From positions 65,474,001 to 65,538,000 of the forward strand of contig NW_024704743.1 of assembly GCF_018977255.1 (NCBI RefSeq): 64,000 nt of DNA. The letters are read 5' to 3'. Shown piece after piece: positions 1 through 11,463 of the stretch (position 1 is its first letter; each line of letters begins with the position of its first letter). The DNA is from Callorhinchus milii. Lineage: Eukaryota. The notes beneath the pieces were generated by a model. That model worked only from the letters and a program-made list of their open reading frames with translations. It was not told the origin of the DNA and searched no databases. Both the position numbers and the translations under genes were made by a program.

Positions 1-859
1 GGTCCCAATATGACGGCTTTGACCTATAATTTTCAAGACATTTTTCCTCTGGTTCAAAAGGTCAGTCAAAGCATTTGCTTATCAATGAGATCTTTGCTTT
101 AAAGGCAGACACTTAAATACAGTTCATAACATGGAGAAAGTTCTCTAAGGTCAGGAAAATGAAGGGTGTTTCGTTGCCTCAAAAATAATTGGAGGTTATC
201 AAGCCATCAGGCACCTGAGGCTCAAATTGAACTGTTGATGTTGATACTCCCATTAGATTATGCTCACAGTGTGTACAGAAGATTAGCTGATGGCTGTGAA
301 CCACAGAGGACAGATCATTTTGTATTGGCATGACATTTCCCTATAGGATTTAATTTTAATGTTCTTGTCCTGGAATAAATTGACAGGACAAGACTCTTCC
401 CCTTGGACCTGATTTAAATTTTCAGAGCATTCATGACTGATCTGAGCATTCAGAACTGTTTGTCAGGAGTGCGAAGTAGTCTGAGGCATACGTGTCCCTT
501 TCATCTGGTAGGGCTGAGCATTGATTAACCTCCAGCTCAAAACTACCTCCATGTTATGGTTGGGCTGACCTAACCCTCATTATTCTTTTGCTGATGTTCC
601 CACTTTCCATTCATCAACTTCTTTCAGATCACGCAATCTAAGTGCAGATGACCTTCATTCCCTTTGCAGTCACTTAACCTTGATCTCCTTCGTGTCTTTT
701 GAGGCAATGAAACATTTCTTTCAATTCTTCATGTCTCTTGCAAGTCGAGAAAAGTACAGTACCTCTTACCTTTGATGAATTCACTCTTAATCCTCCTTTG
801 TAGATGTTCAAAACCTCACAATCTCCTCTGATCTCAAATGAAGTGAGTCGAGTCCATCA

Positions 860-1000
860 CTACATTTAGCCGAATCTTTATCAGCATTTAAAAGTGAATT
901 GGATAAAATATTTGAGGGAAATTGATTAAAGAATATAGGAAAAGAGCAAAGGAATGGAACTAGAGAAGAACCCTACAACAGAGGAGCTGTAACACTGACA
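860..1000 (+). mobile_element. CR1-like 3' fragment
   Basis: gcatttaaaagtgaattggataaa (AFK.ELDK) followed by a CR1-type 3'UTR. Confidence 0.5.
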
Positions 1001-1170
1001 CAGTGTATTAATTCAATCATTCCATCTTCTCCACTGCTGAAGCAAGAATCTAATTCTTCTTTCATGCCAAGTATAGGGCAGTCTCATTATATTGTGGTTA
1101 TCTGGGCCCAGTTTCTCCAGCCCTGGGTTGTAAGCAAATGGCTGGGTTTGTGGTTGTCACTGACGTCACT

Positions 1171-1482
1171 TAATAATAATAATAATCCTTGCATTTGATA
1201 TAGCGCTTTTCACGTAGGGAGGACGTCCCAAAGCGCTTCACAGAACACACTGTAAAGTGAATTGACTGTATATTTGTGGGCAAATGCGGCAGCCAATTGC
1301 GCACAGCAATGTCCCACAAACAGTCGTAGATTGAAAATGACCAATTTATTGTTGTTTTTGGAGGGATTATTATTAGGCGTGTGGAGTAAGGAAACTTGCC
1401 CAAGGTTTCGCCCTGCCTGGAATTGAACTCAGGTCTCTCACTTGCAAAGCGAGTGCTCTAATCACTGAGCTACAGGACTCCA
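1171..1482 (-). mobile_element. Young tRNA-Ala-derived DeuSINE (SINE2-1_CM-like), full length
   Basis: Reverse strand shows the tRNA head with A/B boxes, the Deu-like core GTGGGACATTGCTGTGCGCAATTGGCTGCCGC, an L2-like tail and a (TTA)n end. Near-identical to the copies at 29185 and 39121. Confidence 0.92.
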
Positions 1483-1627
1483 TAAATAACAACAAGAATA
1501 ATAACGACAACATAACAACAAGAATAATTTTTATATTTAATATAGTGTCCTTCATGTTGGGAGGTCGTCTCAAAGCACTTTACAGATTATACTGTAAAGT
1601 GTAGTGACTACAATCTGTGTGTTACAT

Positions 1628-1703
1628 GCAGGTACAGTACATAGGAAGCAAAGTTAGTGACACAGAAGTGTTGGTAACTTCGTTCCCTGTGTACTGTACC
1701 TGC
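1628..1703. repeat. Hairpin with a 36-bp stem and 4-nt loop
   Basis: Arms at 1628-1663 and 1668-1703; 29/36 Watson-Crick pairs, 33/36 including G.U. Confidence 0.85.
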
Positions 1704-2468
1704 GCAAGATGCACAAAAAGCATCAGTGCCGTTGTTTCCTTTGTGAAGTGATGTTAGTGCTGTTTTCTGTGTTTAGCGTACAGGTGCAGCACGCAGAAAG
1801 TGACATTAAAGACACTTCGTGTGCAAATTACACATGTTTGCCGTACGCAGGAAGTACTATCAGCAGCTATCTGACAACCTGGAAGTTGATCATTATTTTG
1901 TGTTTTGCATTTCTGGTTAGTTTGTCTAAGTGAAACTGGGGGTGGGGGTCATTTTAAGAAGGTTGTCCTGTGCTTTGTTCTCGGTAACTATTAACTCTCT
2001 ATGACTCTGAAATTTTTCCAAGGCTTGACATTTGCCTCCACACTGGGAAGCCTCTTCAACATCTGTCGTGCATTCTGTGATAGGATATAACAAAAGCCAG
2101 TTTAAATGATACAATTTTTTTTTGCATTTAATCCAGCACCTTAACATATAGAACATTTCATGCACAAAGAGTTACTCTGGAATGCACTAACTGATGTTAA
2201 CATATTGAGCAATGGGTGAACCTTCCTTCACTTGTGGCCTTGATCATCTCATTCCAACATTTCATATTTTTATCAATTAGTCATTGCTTCTCTAAACTTT
2301 CCTCTTTTATTCCATGCTAGCTTGAACTGCACTGTTGTATGCTCTTTCTCATGTCTTAACTGAACTTTGTTATTCAACGCATCTTTCAAAGAAGATGCAT
2401 TCTGAAGCACATTGGTTGCTGAGGCAGGTCCTGAAATCGAATCTTTAAACCTACCAACCTGTCTGTTT

Positions 2469-2509
2469 AAAATAAAATAAAATAAAATAAAATAAAAATA
2501 AAATAAAAA
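2469..2509. repeat. (AAAAT)n microsatellite
   Basis: Directly visible. Confidence 0.9.
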
Positions 2510-3029
2510 GTATTTTACTGTATATCTGTGCTTCAACTTGAGTCAGTCAATGCCTGTATTTAGGCACAATGTTTCAGCAAATAAACCAGAAAAATTAATT
2601 TCTTGCTAGTTAAATTTGGGATTTGGAGAAATTATCATGAAAGCCTATACATTAAGAATTTAGCACTTTCCATAAAGTATGTAGTATTTGTTTACAGTGA
2701 AACGTTAATCAACAAACCATCAGTCACTTCATGTTTGCCCTGTTACATCTGTAGCTTTACTTTGTATGGCTTATACTATATGACTTGTCAGTCCGTTATT
2801 CCAAATAGTAGTGAGGCACGAGCCTGGGAAATGTAGGTCAGTAATCTGTAGGTCAGTGGCCGGAATGCATGACTGCATTTTATAGGTTGATACTGTATAA
2901 TGCTCATCTAAAAAGTATGGGTGCTAAAGGAACAACCAACATGGGTTTAGAAGCAATGGGTCAGGTTTCACAAATTTACTGCACATGTTGTGCAGAAGTA
3001 ATTAAACTTATGGCTATCCAGCAAATACG

Positions 3030-3270
3030 TACTCAGACATCAATTGATAGAGGTCGATAAGCAGGGGGTTAGCATTGTTGAGCCTAGATTAAATGAATTC
3101 ATGGATGACGGTTTCGGGGGCCTGAGGAGAGAAGCAGTGGTGAAGCCGGTGTTGTTGCGGAGGTGGGGGAAGGCAGAGTGGGTCATGGCACAGATGTGGG
3201 GTAAAAAGACAGTTGAGGGTCAAACAAGATGCCAGGTTCTGGACTGGCTCAGTGAGGTGGAGTGTGCATC
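3030..3270 (-). mobile_element. Old L2 RT fragment
   Basis: Reverse strand resembles the NLG..FD..LSF.PHI / ET.IH.F..SRL.NAN region of the other L2 copies. Confidence 0.65.
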
Positions 3271-4190
3271 CTTGGATGGTGCACTCTACACCTCACTGAG
3301 CCACTCTACACCTCCCTCTTTCCTATCGCAGGTTGTTCATTCTATGCAGCAAAACAACAACAAAACAACTGACTTTGTGGTGACATTCAAATGACTTGGC
3401 AGTTTCAAATTGGTGTCTGCAAAGTTCTGTATGAGATTGATCTTGGTTCATTTTAAAATAAAAGTTTTATTTTGATTAAATTATTCTGCCCAAGAGCATG
3501 GTAAACGTAAGAACAGTACACAAATATAAAGCTCCTTTAAATTTCAATTGAGATAAAGGGGGAAAGGCTTGGGCTGTTTGTGGAATGTAAAGATCTTATA
3601 ACCATCTGTCCACCATTTAGTTGTCATCCACTGCACAGTAAATGTGTTCATAGTTTTACTGCTACTGATTCCCTATCTTAATAGAATTTTTGTCTCCATA
3701 ACACATTTCTCCAATAATGTTTGACCAATCCCTCCCTTTTTCCAATCGCAAGTTATTCGTTCTTCGCAGCAAAACAACTGGCCTCTGTGTAGTACCTTCT
3801 TGGTGACAGTGAGAACTTTGTCTATATTGGGGGGACTGTTGGAGGATATCAAAGACATTCCCCTTTCATCATCTGACTCTACTCAACCCTGCTTCCTTGA
3901 GCCTCTTTCAGCTCACCCATCTCAGTGCATGAAAACTTCATTCCTCTTGCAATGCAATTGCAGAATCATTGAACCTTGATCTAATTCATACATGGTAATG
4001 GAGCAAAGGAAATTTTGCTTCTTTCAATTCTTCAGATGGAGCAAATGGTGTAAAATTCCACTTGGCTCTAGATTTACTAGCTATAAAGCTGACTGGATAG
4101 TGATAAATCTTAAGCCAGTCTTTCAATTTAATACCAACCTAAGTTAAAGTTTTGGATTGTAGACTTTCAGTGTTCAATGCTACTTTGCAA

Positions 4191-4615
4191 TGTCTGTCTA
4201 GTTAAGTTGGTAGCATTCTTGCCTCTGAGTACATGGGGTTATGTTTTCAAACCCCAAGTTGGGAGTTGAAACTCATAGAGTCAAGATGCTGGGTGTGCAC
4301 TGTATTGTTGGAGGTCACATCTTTTGAATGAGAAATTAAACTGAGGTCACACCTATCTTTTAGATGGACATTAAAGATTCCTTGGCAATATTTGAAGCGA
4401 GAGGGAGTTTTTTCTCCCAGTGTCTGGGCCAACATTTCCCCAGATAAAACTGACCATTCACTTTTTGGCTATTTGTGGGTCATTGCCATGGGGCATTGGC
4501 TGCTGTATTTGCTTCAAAATATACAGTCCCTACATTTTCCAGTATCTCCTGTGAAGTATTTTGAGATTTCTTCCTCTCCTGAATAACACTATATCAAAAT
4601 TGAAGGATCATTACT
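4191..4615 (+). mobile_element. Older long DeuSINE (SacSINE1-like)
   Basis: gttggtagca..gcctctgagt head, gatgaga..ttaaac.gagg..aaagatccc.tggca body and the shared tail. Diverged; matches the copies at 56178 and 63250. Confidence 0.75.
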
Positions 4616-5929
4616 TTATTAACATTGTACTTCAGGGTATCCAGAATTTGTCTTCGGAAAGACTTTCTTTAATTTTGATTTTTTTTTCTTTGCAAACTCC
4701 TTGTAGGAAAATGGGATTTAAAATTAAAACTGAATTAAACAATTTGCCAAATTCTGGACTCTGAAATGGTTAGTTAATAGAGTAAGTCTAAACCCAGGGG
4801 GAATTTCTACCCCATTGCTCCTTCCTTTCTTAGGTGATTCTTTGATTCTAGCCAACATTTATTAGATTTTCCTCCCACAGGTTGTTTTAGCAAAATAAGA
4901 TCATCAGAAATAACATTAATGGCAAAGAAGATACATTTTAAATGATTGAAAGACTGCAAAAGTGTACTAAATATTCAGGTAAACATGACTGAACTGAGTG
5001 CAGGAAGGGGGAGGAAGGGCGTAAAATTAAAATTAACAAGGCTGATAGTGGACAGACAGACAGACAGACAGACATGAGAAATCCAAAGAAGGAAGAGTGT
5101 TCTATGCAAAGCATTTGTTATATAACCAGTGAAGTTCTGTACAAATATTACCTGCAAATTTGTTACATGTTCTCATAGTTATTTGCAGAGGTTGTTAGTA
5201 GAGGCTATCAATCTGAATTGGCAAGCTTGCAATCTTACTGAAGTAACAACACCAATCGACAATACCATTCAAATAAATAGAATCTCACTGTGCTTCTCCT
5301 TTAAATGAGTGGAATGATAGGAGAAAATTTGCTGACCATGTCATTCATGTGGGGCCCATTAAATCCTCCATTTCCCATGTTTTCTTTGGTTTTTGTTGCA
5401 CTAAGTATGCTTCTTGGATTACATTTTGAAGGTCATTGTTAATGACTTGTTTCTGTTTGTTTATGATGGAGTTTGTTTTGTCTTGCACTCTTGGTGTTTT
5501 TAAAATATCTGGTGTTTTGGCATAATTTATGCATAAAATCGCGAGACAAAGACAGAAACACATCATGGCATTGTTTCACTGGCTGTAGATTTTCATGCTT
5601 CCTTGTTGAAAAATCAATCTTTTGTTTTTGGCTAATGTGGTGTTACTGAATGCAGATTTGCTTGTATTAATTATTTGTCTTTGGAACATTAATTAATGTT
5701 CAGAAAATAAATGAATAATGTGAAGTACAGCAGGATGAGAACCTTTATTTAAAAAATGGGAAGACACTGAAGGCTGCCTCTAAATTTAAGAGCTGAGGTG
5801 GATGATGTCCAATATATTGTACTTCATCCTGTAAGTGTAAGAACTTTGTGCGGAGTGACAGAGATGTGCAGGTAATTTACATGGCCTTAAGCGCAATTGG
5901 ACCCACTCAACAAGGTTTCATCTGTGAAG

Positions 5930-6470
5930 GATCAGGTTTAAGTAATCATTTTAATCTTTGGCAGGATGTTGCACATTGTGAAACTGAATCTTGCTGTAGT
6001 TCATCACATCCTTTTGCATTTCTAGCACTACAATCTCATCTGATGGCTCATTCAATAAATGCACTACATGGCATGCGATGTTTGAAACGAGAAGGTTCCA
6101 GGTTGGATACATGGTCTGTGTGGTCGAAAATGTATTTGGTTGGAAAAGATGCAACAGAAGTGATGCTTCAATGGCAGAAAGAGCACCTAAGGGTGAAGTG
6201 TGCTGCCTGTAGAGAACACCATTTATGTGACCTACCCATGGAAACACAAGGTATTTTCTCCATAGCCTCATTCCAACAATTTATTTCCAACCACAAGATC
6301 ACACAATTAGTTTGGAGCTCCTACTGCGACCACCACAGAAGATGGACTTAATTCTGACATTCTGTTGCCAAACTTCTTATCCTGGAGCCAGTTCAGCTAC
6401 ATTGTCACAATTTTTCTGCCCACAGCTCGAGCACACATCTCTTCCCATTGAGTGGTGGTTCCACCAGTTG
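5930..6470. mobile_element. Probable fossil PIF/Harbinger DNA transposon (transposase remnant on +, Myb/SANT remnant on -)
   Basis: + strand: VVENVFG (6120-6140) and AACREHHLCD (6202-6231) in different frames. - strand 6362-6448: pieces WEEMCA, LELWAEK, GSR and EVWQQ across frameshifts. Confidence 0.4.
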
Positions 6471-8414
6471 GAAGTGCGGAGCTTGAGCAGCAATTGGCTG
6501 CTGTATTTGCAGTTAAATATATGAGGGGGAAATCAAAAGAATAAAATCAGAGGATGCCATATTGTTATAATGCTAGGATGTGGTTTCCCTTCTGCCATCG
6601 TTGGAAGTTCTCAGTCTCAATTGTGTTACGATTTGAGTGTTATGAGTGGAGGTTGGGGTCTTCCCACAGGGAGGAAAGGACAATCAGAGGACTAGCTTGC
6701 TCAGACTATTCGTACGTACCCCATGGAAGCTGGAACATCATTTGCGGAGGCTCGGGAGGAAATGTGTAACCCATCTACTTGGCTGGAGATAATGTTTGAC
6801 ATAAAAAAAAACTCTGGGGAATGATAAAACATGAGATGACGTTAATAAAAAGAATAATGGGATCAAAGGTCACTTTGAATTGGGAATAGTAAAGAATGGA
6901 CAGTGAAAAGACTGGACTACAGTATCATATTTTCTGCAGAGAATGGATCCTGTTTCACTGTTAAAGAAAGTAAGTGAAGGATATATTGCAGATTGTGGTT
7001 TTAAATCAATTAGACACTATGAAGAGACTGTTTGCAGAGAGAGTCTTCTCTTGTCTCTGTGCTCTAAAATTTTATTCAATTGAGTTTCTAAGGTAACAGA
7101 ATCAGTGATGTAGAGAGTAGTGAACGTTTCACCTGATACTGAGGTCTGTAAGTAAAACCAGACCAATGAATTGGGGAAACTCAACGAGAGCTGAGTCTGA
7201 TTTTCCATTTTTTTCTCAATAATAACAAGAAGGATATATCACAAATGTTGTTTGGAGTTGAATTATTTGCTCACGGAAATAATGAAGCCCTTCTCCTCAC
7301 GCTATGTTTCTGTTGAAGTTTCAATGAAACCATTGATATTTAAGTTCATTTTATTAAGAGAAAGGAGCAATAAATGTACCTGACCTAAATTACTAATGCT
7401 TTGTGAACTGTTTTTGTGTGACTCCAAGCTACCTTGTGCTAACAGTGGTGGCCAAATGGCATTAGTGACTCAGCTTCAGGTGTCAGTGTCATGGATTAAG
7501 CCACTGTGAAACAATCACACAATAGGTGAGCATTAGAAAAGGAGCTATGTTATTGTGGTGCATGTGAGCATATGGACATAGCTGTGCTTTACTTTGAAAA
7601 GCCTTCAAACATGTGAATTTTTGAGGTGCTACGCCAGTCTTTGATTGACTGAGCACAAATAAACCCATGTTAAATAGCACTTAAAACCTGACTTGGACAC
7701 ACCCTGAGAAAGCAACAGCACTGATGTGCAGGGACATAAAAGGGTTTTCGTTATGGGCATTACTTTGCTCGACAAACCTTGATGGCTCAGCTTGGTAAAA
7801 CTTATTTATTCCATTAAAGCGCTGGTGTCTTCTGTATGTGGTAATGTCTTCTGTCTGTGGTGAATAAAATGGTCACTTGTTTCAGTAGGGACATGAGAAA
7901 TAAGTACATAGCAGTCAATAGCTTCATATTCTTTTAATATCTTAAGTGAAGCAGCTAATAACTTGTTTCAGCTTTTGAAAATTATGGAAGCAGAACCTCA
8001 TCAAAAGAAGGAGTTTCATTGATGAGTTGATTCCTACCCTACTCTATGTCTTTGATGAAATTTGATCATAGAGTATATAAGGAATAACGATTTTTGTGGT
8101 AGAGCTAACTTTTACTTTTTCATGATAGTACAGCTCTCATTTGGAATCCAGAGATTTCAGTTTTGTTGTAGAGCTTCATAAGGTTTAAAATTAATTACAT
8201 TTGCTTTGAAATGGAGGAGCAAAGTGCTACAATTGATTGAGAATGTAAGAAGCAGAATTCAAGAGCGCATATAATAGGATCTGGGTGGTTGAGATTGCAA
8301 TTTGAGTTGTCTTTTTGATATTTGGGTTAAGCAGCTGTAAAATTCAAGTATTTTCAAATTTGGTCTTTCACTTCATAGCAGTTTGTATGGGGCTTTGCAA
8401 ATTAGCTGTTGGGT

Positions 8415-8795
8415 TTGTCTACAAATACACAATCACTACACTTTACGGTAAATCCCGTGAAGCACTTTGAGACGTCTTTCTGATGCGAAAGGAACGGATT
8501 GACTGAGCATTTTTGTGGGTGGAACTGGGCAGCCAGTTGCGCACAGCAATGTCCCACAAACAGCCATGGAGTGAGTGATAAATTGTATTTGGAGGTTTGT
8601 TCACCAGGACACCAGGAGAAACTCCCCTCTCTTATTGAATTGGGCCATGGGATCTTTAACATCCACCTGAACAGGCAGATGGGACCTCGGTTTAACATCT
8701 CATCTGAAGGGCAGCACCTCCAACAATGCAACATCCCCCCCACCAGCACTGCATTGGAGTGTCAGCTTAGACTATGAGTTCAAGTCCCGCTGTGG
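8415..8795 (-). mobile_element. Older DeuSINE body (-) abutting an inverted SINE tail (+)
   Basis: + tail at ~8415-8492; - core and body at ~8497-8795. Confidence 0.78.
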
Positions 8796-9134
8796 ATTCC
8801 TCTTAATAAAGTTGAAGTATTATTAGGGTTGGTCATAATTGTCCACAGAAATTGTTCAATAGATGTTATGCACTAACTTTATTCTCTGTTATGTTACCTG
8901 CACGAGTGGCATAATCAATCACAAGTTCATTGTTGCTTCTGGGTCACAAGGAAATGAGTGAACTATGATCTGTATGTTCATTGTTATTGCGAGTTGCGAG
9001 ATTATTTTACCAGTAGGAGAGTGAAATGAATGCGTAACGTTGTTGTTGTTTTCCTCTTTAAACTCTCGGTAAATATGTGTAGGTATTTGTGCTTATCAAT
9101 GTCAAGCACGTCTATCCTTTTCTACTTTTCTTGT

Positions 9135-9312
9135 CCTTGGCCAACAATCCACCAACCAAAATTCATCATTCCACTTCATGGCTGCTTGTGAGACATTGCT
9201 ATGTGCAAATTGGCTGCCACGTTTGCCTACAAGGTACACAATCACTACACTTTAAAGCAAATCCCGTGACATCCTCAAATACGAAAGGCCCTATATCAAA
9301 TGAGAGTATTAT
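9135..9312 (+). mobile_element. Older DeuSINE 3' half
   Basis: gtgagacattgctatgtgcaaattggctgcc core and tail. Confidence 0.7.
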
Positions 9313-9829
9313 TAGGATACAGAGGGAAGAATGCAGAAAGTAATGTGACAATCATCACTATTATATCTTCAGTCCTAAATTGTTCTCCTATGAGAAGGTC
9401 TTTGTCCTCTTTAAGTTTCCAGAATTTCCAATGCACTTTGCAATGACGTGTTTTGCTATTGTAGCAATCTTAGATATGTTACACACAAGGAGCTAGCTAC
9501 CTGGACTCTGGAGTGAATACATAAATGTAGGGAAAATGACCCCCCACCCCCCCCCCTCGGCGCCATCCCCAGGAAATTGTTCCATTGCACCTCCAAAACA
9601 AGTGGAAGAAGGAAATAAATTTGAGGCACTCATTCAGGTGAGGCCCTGGAATTTTTGAGTGAAATATACTCATCACAGTAAAAGAACTGTTTTTAAACTG
9701 TTTTTAAAGACATTCCTTTATCCTTTTTAACATGGTTAACTTTACTGAAGCCGAAAGCTTTTTCTCTCTATCTCTGTAAGGCAAACATCTTGTTGGAACA
9801 TGATATTCAACAGATTATTCTTTATCTGC

Positions 9830-10200
9830 CGCGACGGAATTAAAAGTGTGAAAGTTCAGGAAAGCAACCTTATCAGTTCTTTTTGGTGGGTCCTGCCCAC
9901 GCGGTGTATATTAAACATCCCATTCCACAGGTGCCCTAGGCTACAGGGCAATTCTGCTTAGTGAACAAAAACTGGAGTTTTAAAAAGTGTTCAGTGACAA
10001 AATCGAAGTGCATGGTACACCATAGTTTTTTTTTGTGTTTGTGTATGTGTAGAAAAGATTAGGTTTGTATGTCAAGACTGAAAGAATGACCACATCCAGT
10101 GTTTGTTCCTGACAGCAGCGTGATTTATACTCTTGTTTGCCCACCTATCCTAAGAGAGAGCCTCTGGTATCCGAAAAATTCATTGTAATTGAGGGAGGAA
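9830..10200 (+). promoter_or_regulatory. Possible promoter region for the candidate first exon
   Basis: Free of recognisable TEs, with retained CpGs and TEAD-like CATTCC (~9921), RUNX-like GACCACA (~10088) and FOX-like TGTTTG motifs. Motif matches alone are weak evidence. Confidence 0.25.
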
Positions 10201-10503
10201 GTCTGGTGAGCGACACAGCCAACAGAGGGGGCTGTGGGTAATAGACAGAAGTGGCTTGTATGAGTTGCCAGCCGGAGCTACTTTGGGCTGAGAGCAGGAT
10301 TTTGAGACAGCACATTGTATTTTCTCTCACTGAGCCAGCTGGTCAGAGGCTATACATTACAGTATTGATCATGTTCAGCGATTTCAGAGTCTGAAGCAAG
10401 CTGCCCTTTTATTTTAATCAAATGCTGAATGGTCTTATTTTTTTGTTTCATCTCTTACCTGCCAAATAATCGAGCAGGGCATTGTTAGAGTCCTGCACTG
10501 AAG
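10200..10503 (+). other. Candidate non-coding first exon / 5'UTR of the tensin gene
   Basis: Perfect AAG|gtaagt donor at 10504, preceded by repeat-free, somewhat GC-richer sequence with no strong acceptor. An in-frame TAG lies at 10486. The 5' boundary is a guess. Confidence 0.4.
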
Positions 10504-11424
10504 GTAAGTTATATAATATTAACTGCAGACCTTTCTTGAATGAAAGAAGCAACTAACTGTGCTCAAGAAATGATAATGGACAAACTTGAATCTGGTGCTT
10601 CAATTCATAGTTTCTGAATTTTTGCTTTAGTAATCCATATTTTGCTAAACTGTAATACCTGCACATGTAACTACATTCTAACTTAGTAGCTTTGGAATGT
10701 TATGCAATTGTCGTTCATAAGTTTGTGCACAAACGGTGATCTTGAGTTGACCTTATTTGCTAAATTATGGCACTTTTCTCTGTAACAAAGCAAATCATAT
10801 TGTAGTGCAGCTGTAAACCATTTACTTGCGGTTTTGCTGAACAAAGCCTCATCAATCACTGCGTGTTTATGTCCGTCAGAACCAGGTATTTTTCGTAGCC
10901 TGAAGGCCAGGTTTAGTGAGCTTTTGTTAATGAGAAATAAGCTGTCCCCTGGCGTAGAGTCTCATGACTGCCTGTGCTTCCTTGAGTCTGATTTTTATCT
11001 GTTTGCCCTCAGTCCTGTGTTTAATGATAACAGAAATGTGCTTTGAATTGTTGACTATAAGGTCCGTGTTGCTTTTAAGTGACTGAGTGATTCAATCTGA
11101 TAACGTGAAGTACAGGTGTGAGCAACCTGTTTCTAGCATTGCGTTTATAAGGAGCTTCTTTTAATCGAAAAGTAGAATGGCCAAAAGAAATGGGGGAAAA
11201 CATGGCAACAGGTTACTGCAGGTCTGTTAAACATGTGTGTTCCATTAAATGTGATGGACGAAAAGCCTAATCCATTTTGGAATGCGTTCCTCTGAAACCT
11301 TGGGGAGGAGAGAGATAATGAGGTATTGTTTACAGAGTAGAGGTTTGGGACTGATCTCATATTCCCATGTGTACTTATTTTTTTCTAGGTCATATCTTAC
11401 AGTTAAGTGCTGCATTGGCCTGAA

Positions 11425-11463
11425 ATGCAATATTACTGTATGCGCTCGATGAGCAAAGAACAG
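11425..11463 (+). CDS. Candidate initiating coding segment MQYYCMRSMSKEQ within putative exon 11389-11463
   Basis: tatttttttctag acceptor ending at 11388. In-frame TAA at 11404, ATG at 11425 with G at -3, and a CAG|gtaatt donor at 11464. Phase 0 matches the phase-0 acceptor of the 42734 exon. No transcript evidence. Confidence 0.45.

Noticed and set aside
1170..1573. Recurrent ORFs MGKFPY... and ...KRYIKCKDYYYY (also at 29270, 39066, 39166 and 60286)
   Set aside because: These are incidental translations of the SINE consensus, not a protein family.
5848..6351. 167-aa ORF as an intact gene
   Set aside because: It starts at GTG, has no splice context, and the transposase-like motifs are split across frames. 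Treated as a TE fossil.
7826..7862. Short tandem duplications (also ~2832-2857, ~9684-9708, ~58206-58240 and ~62596-62628)
   Set aside because: These are ordinary slippage duplications with no repeat-spacer periodicity, so not CRISPR-like.
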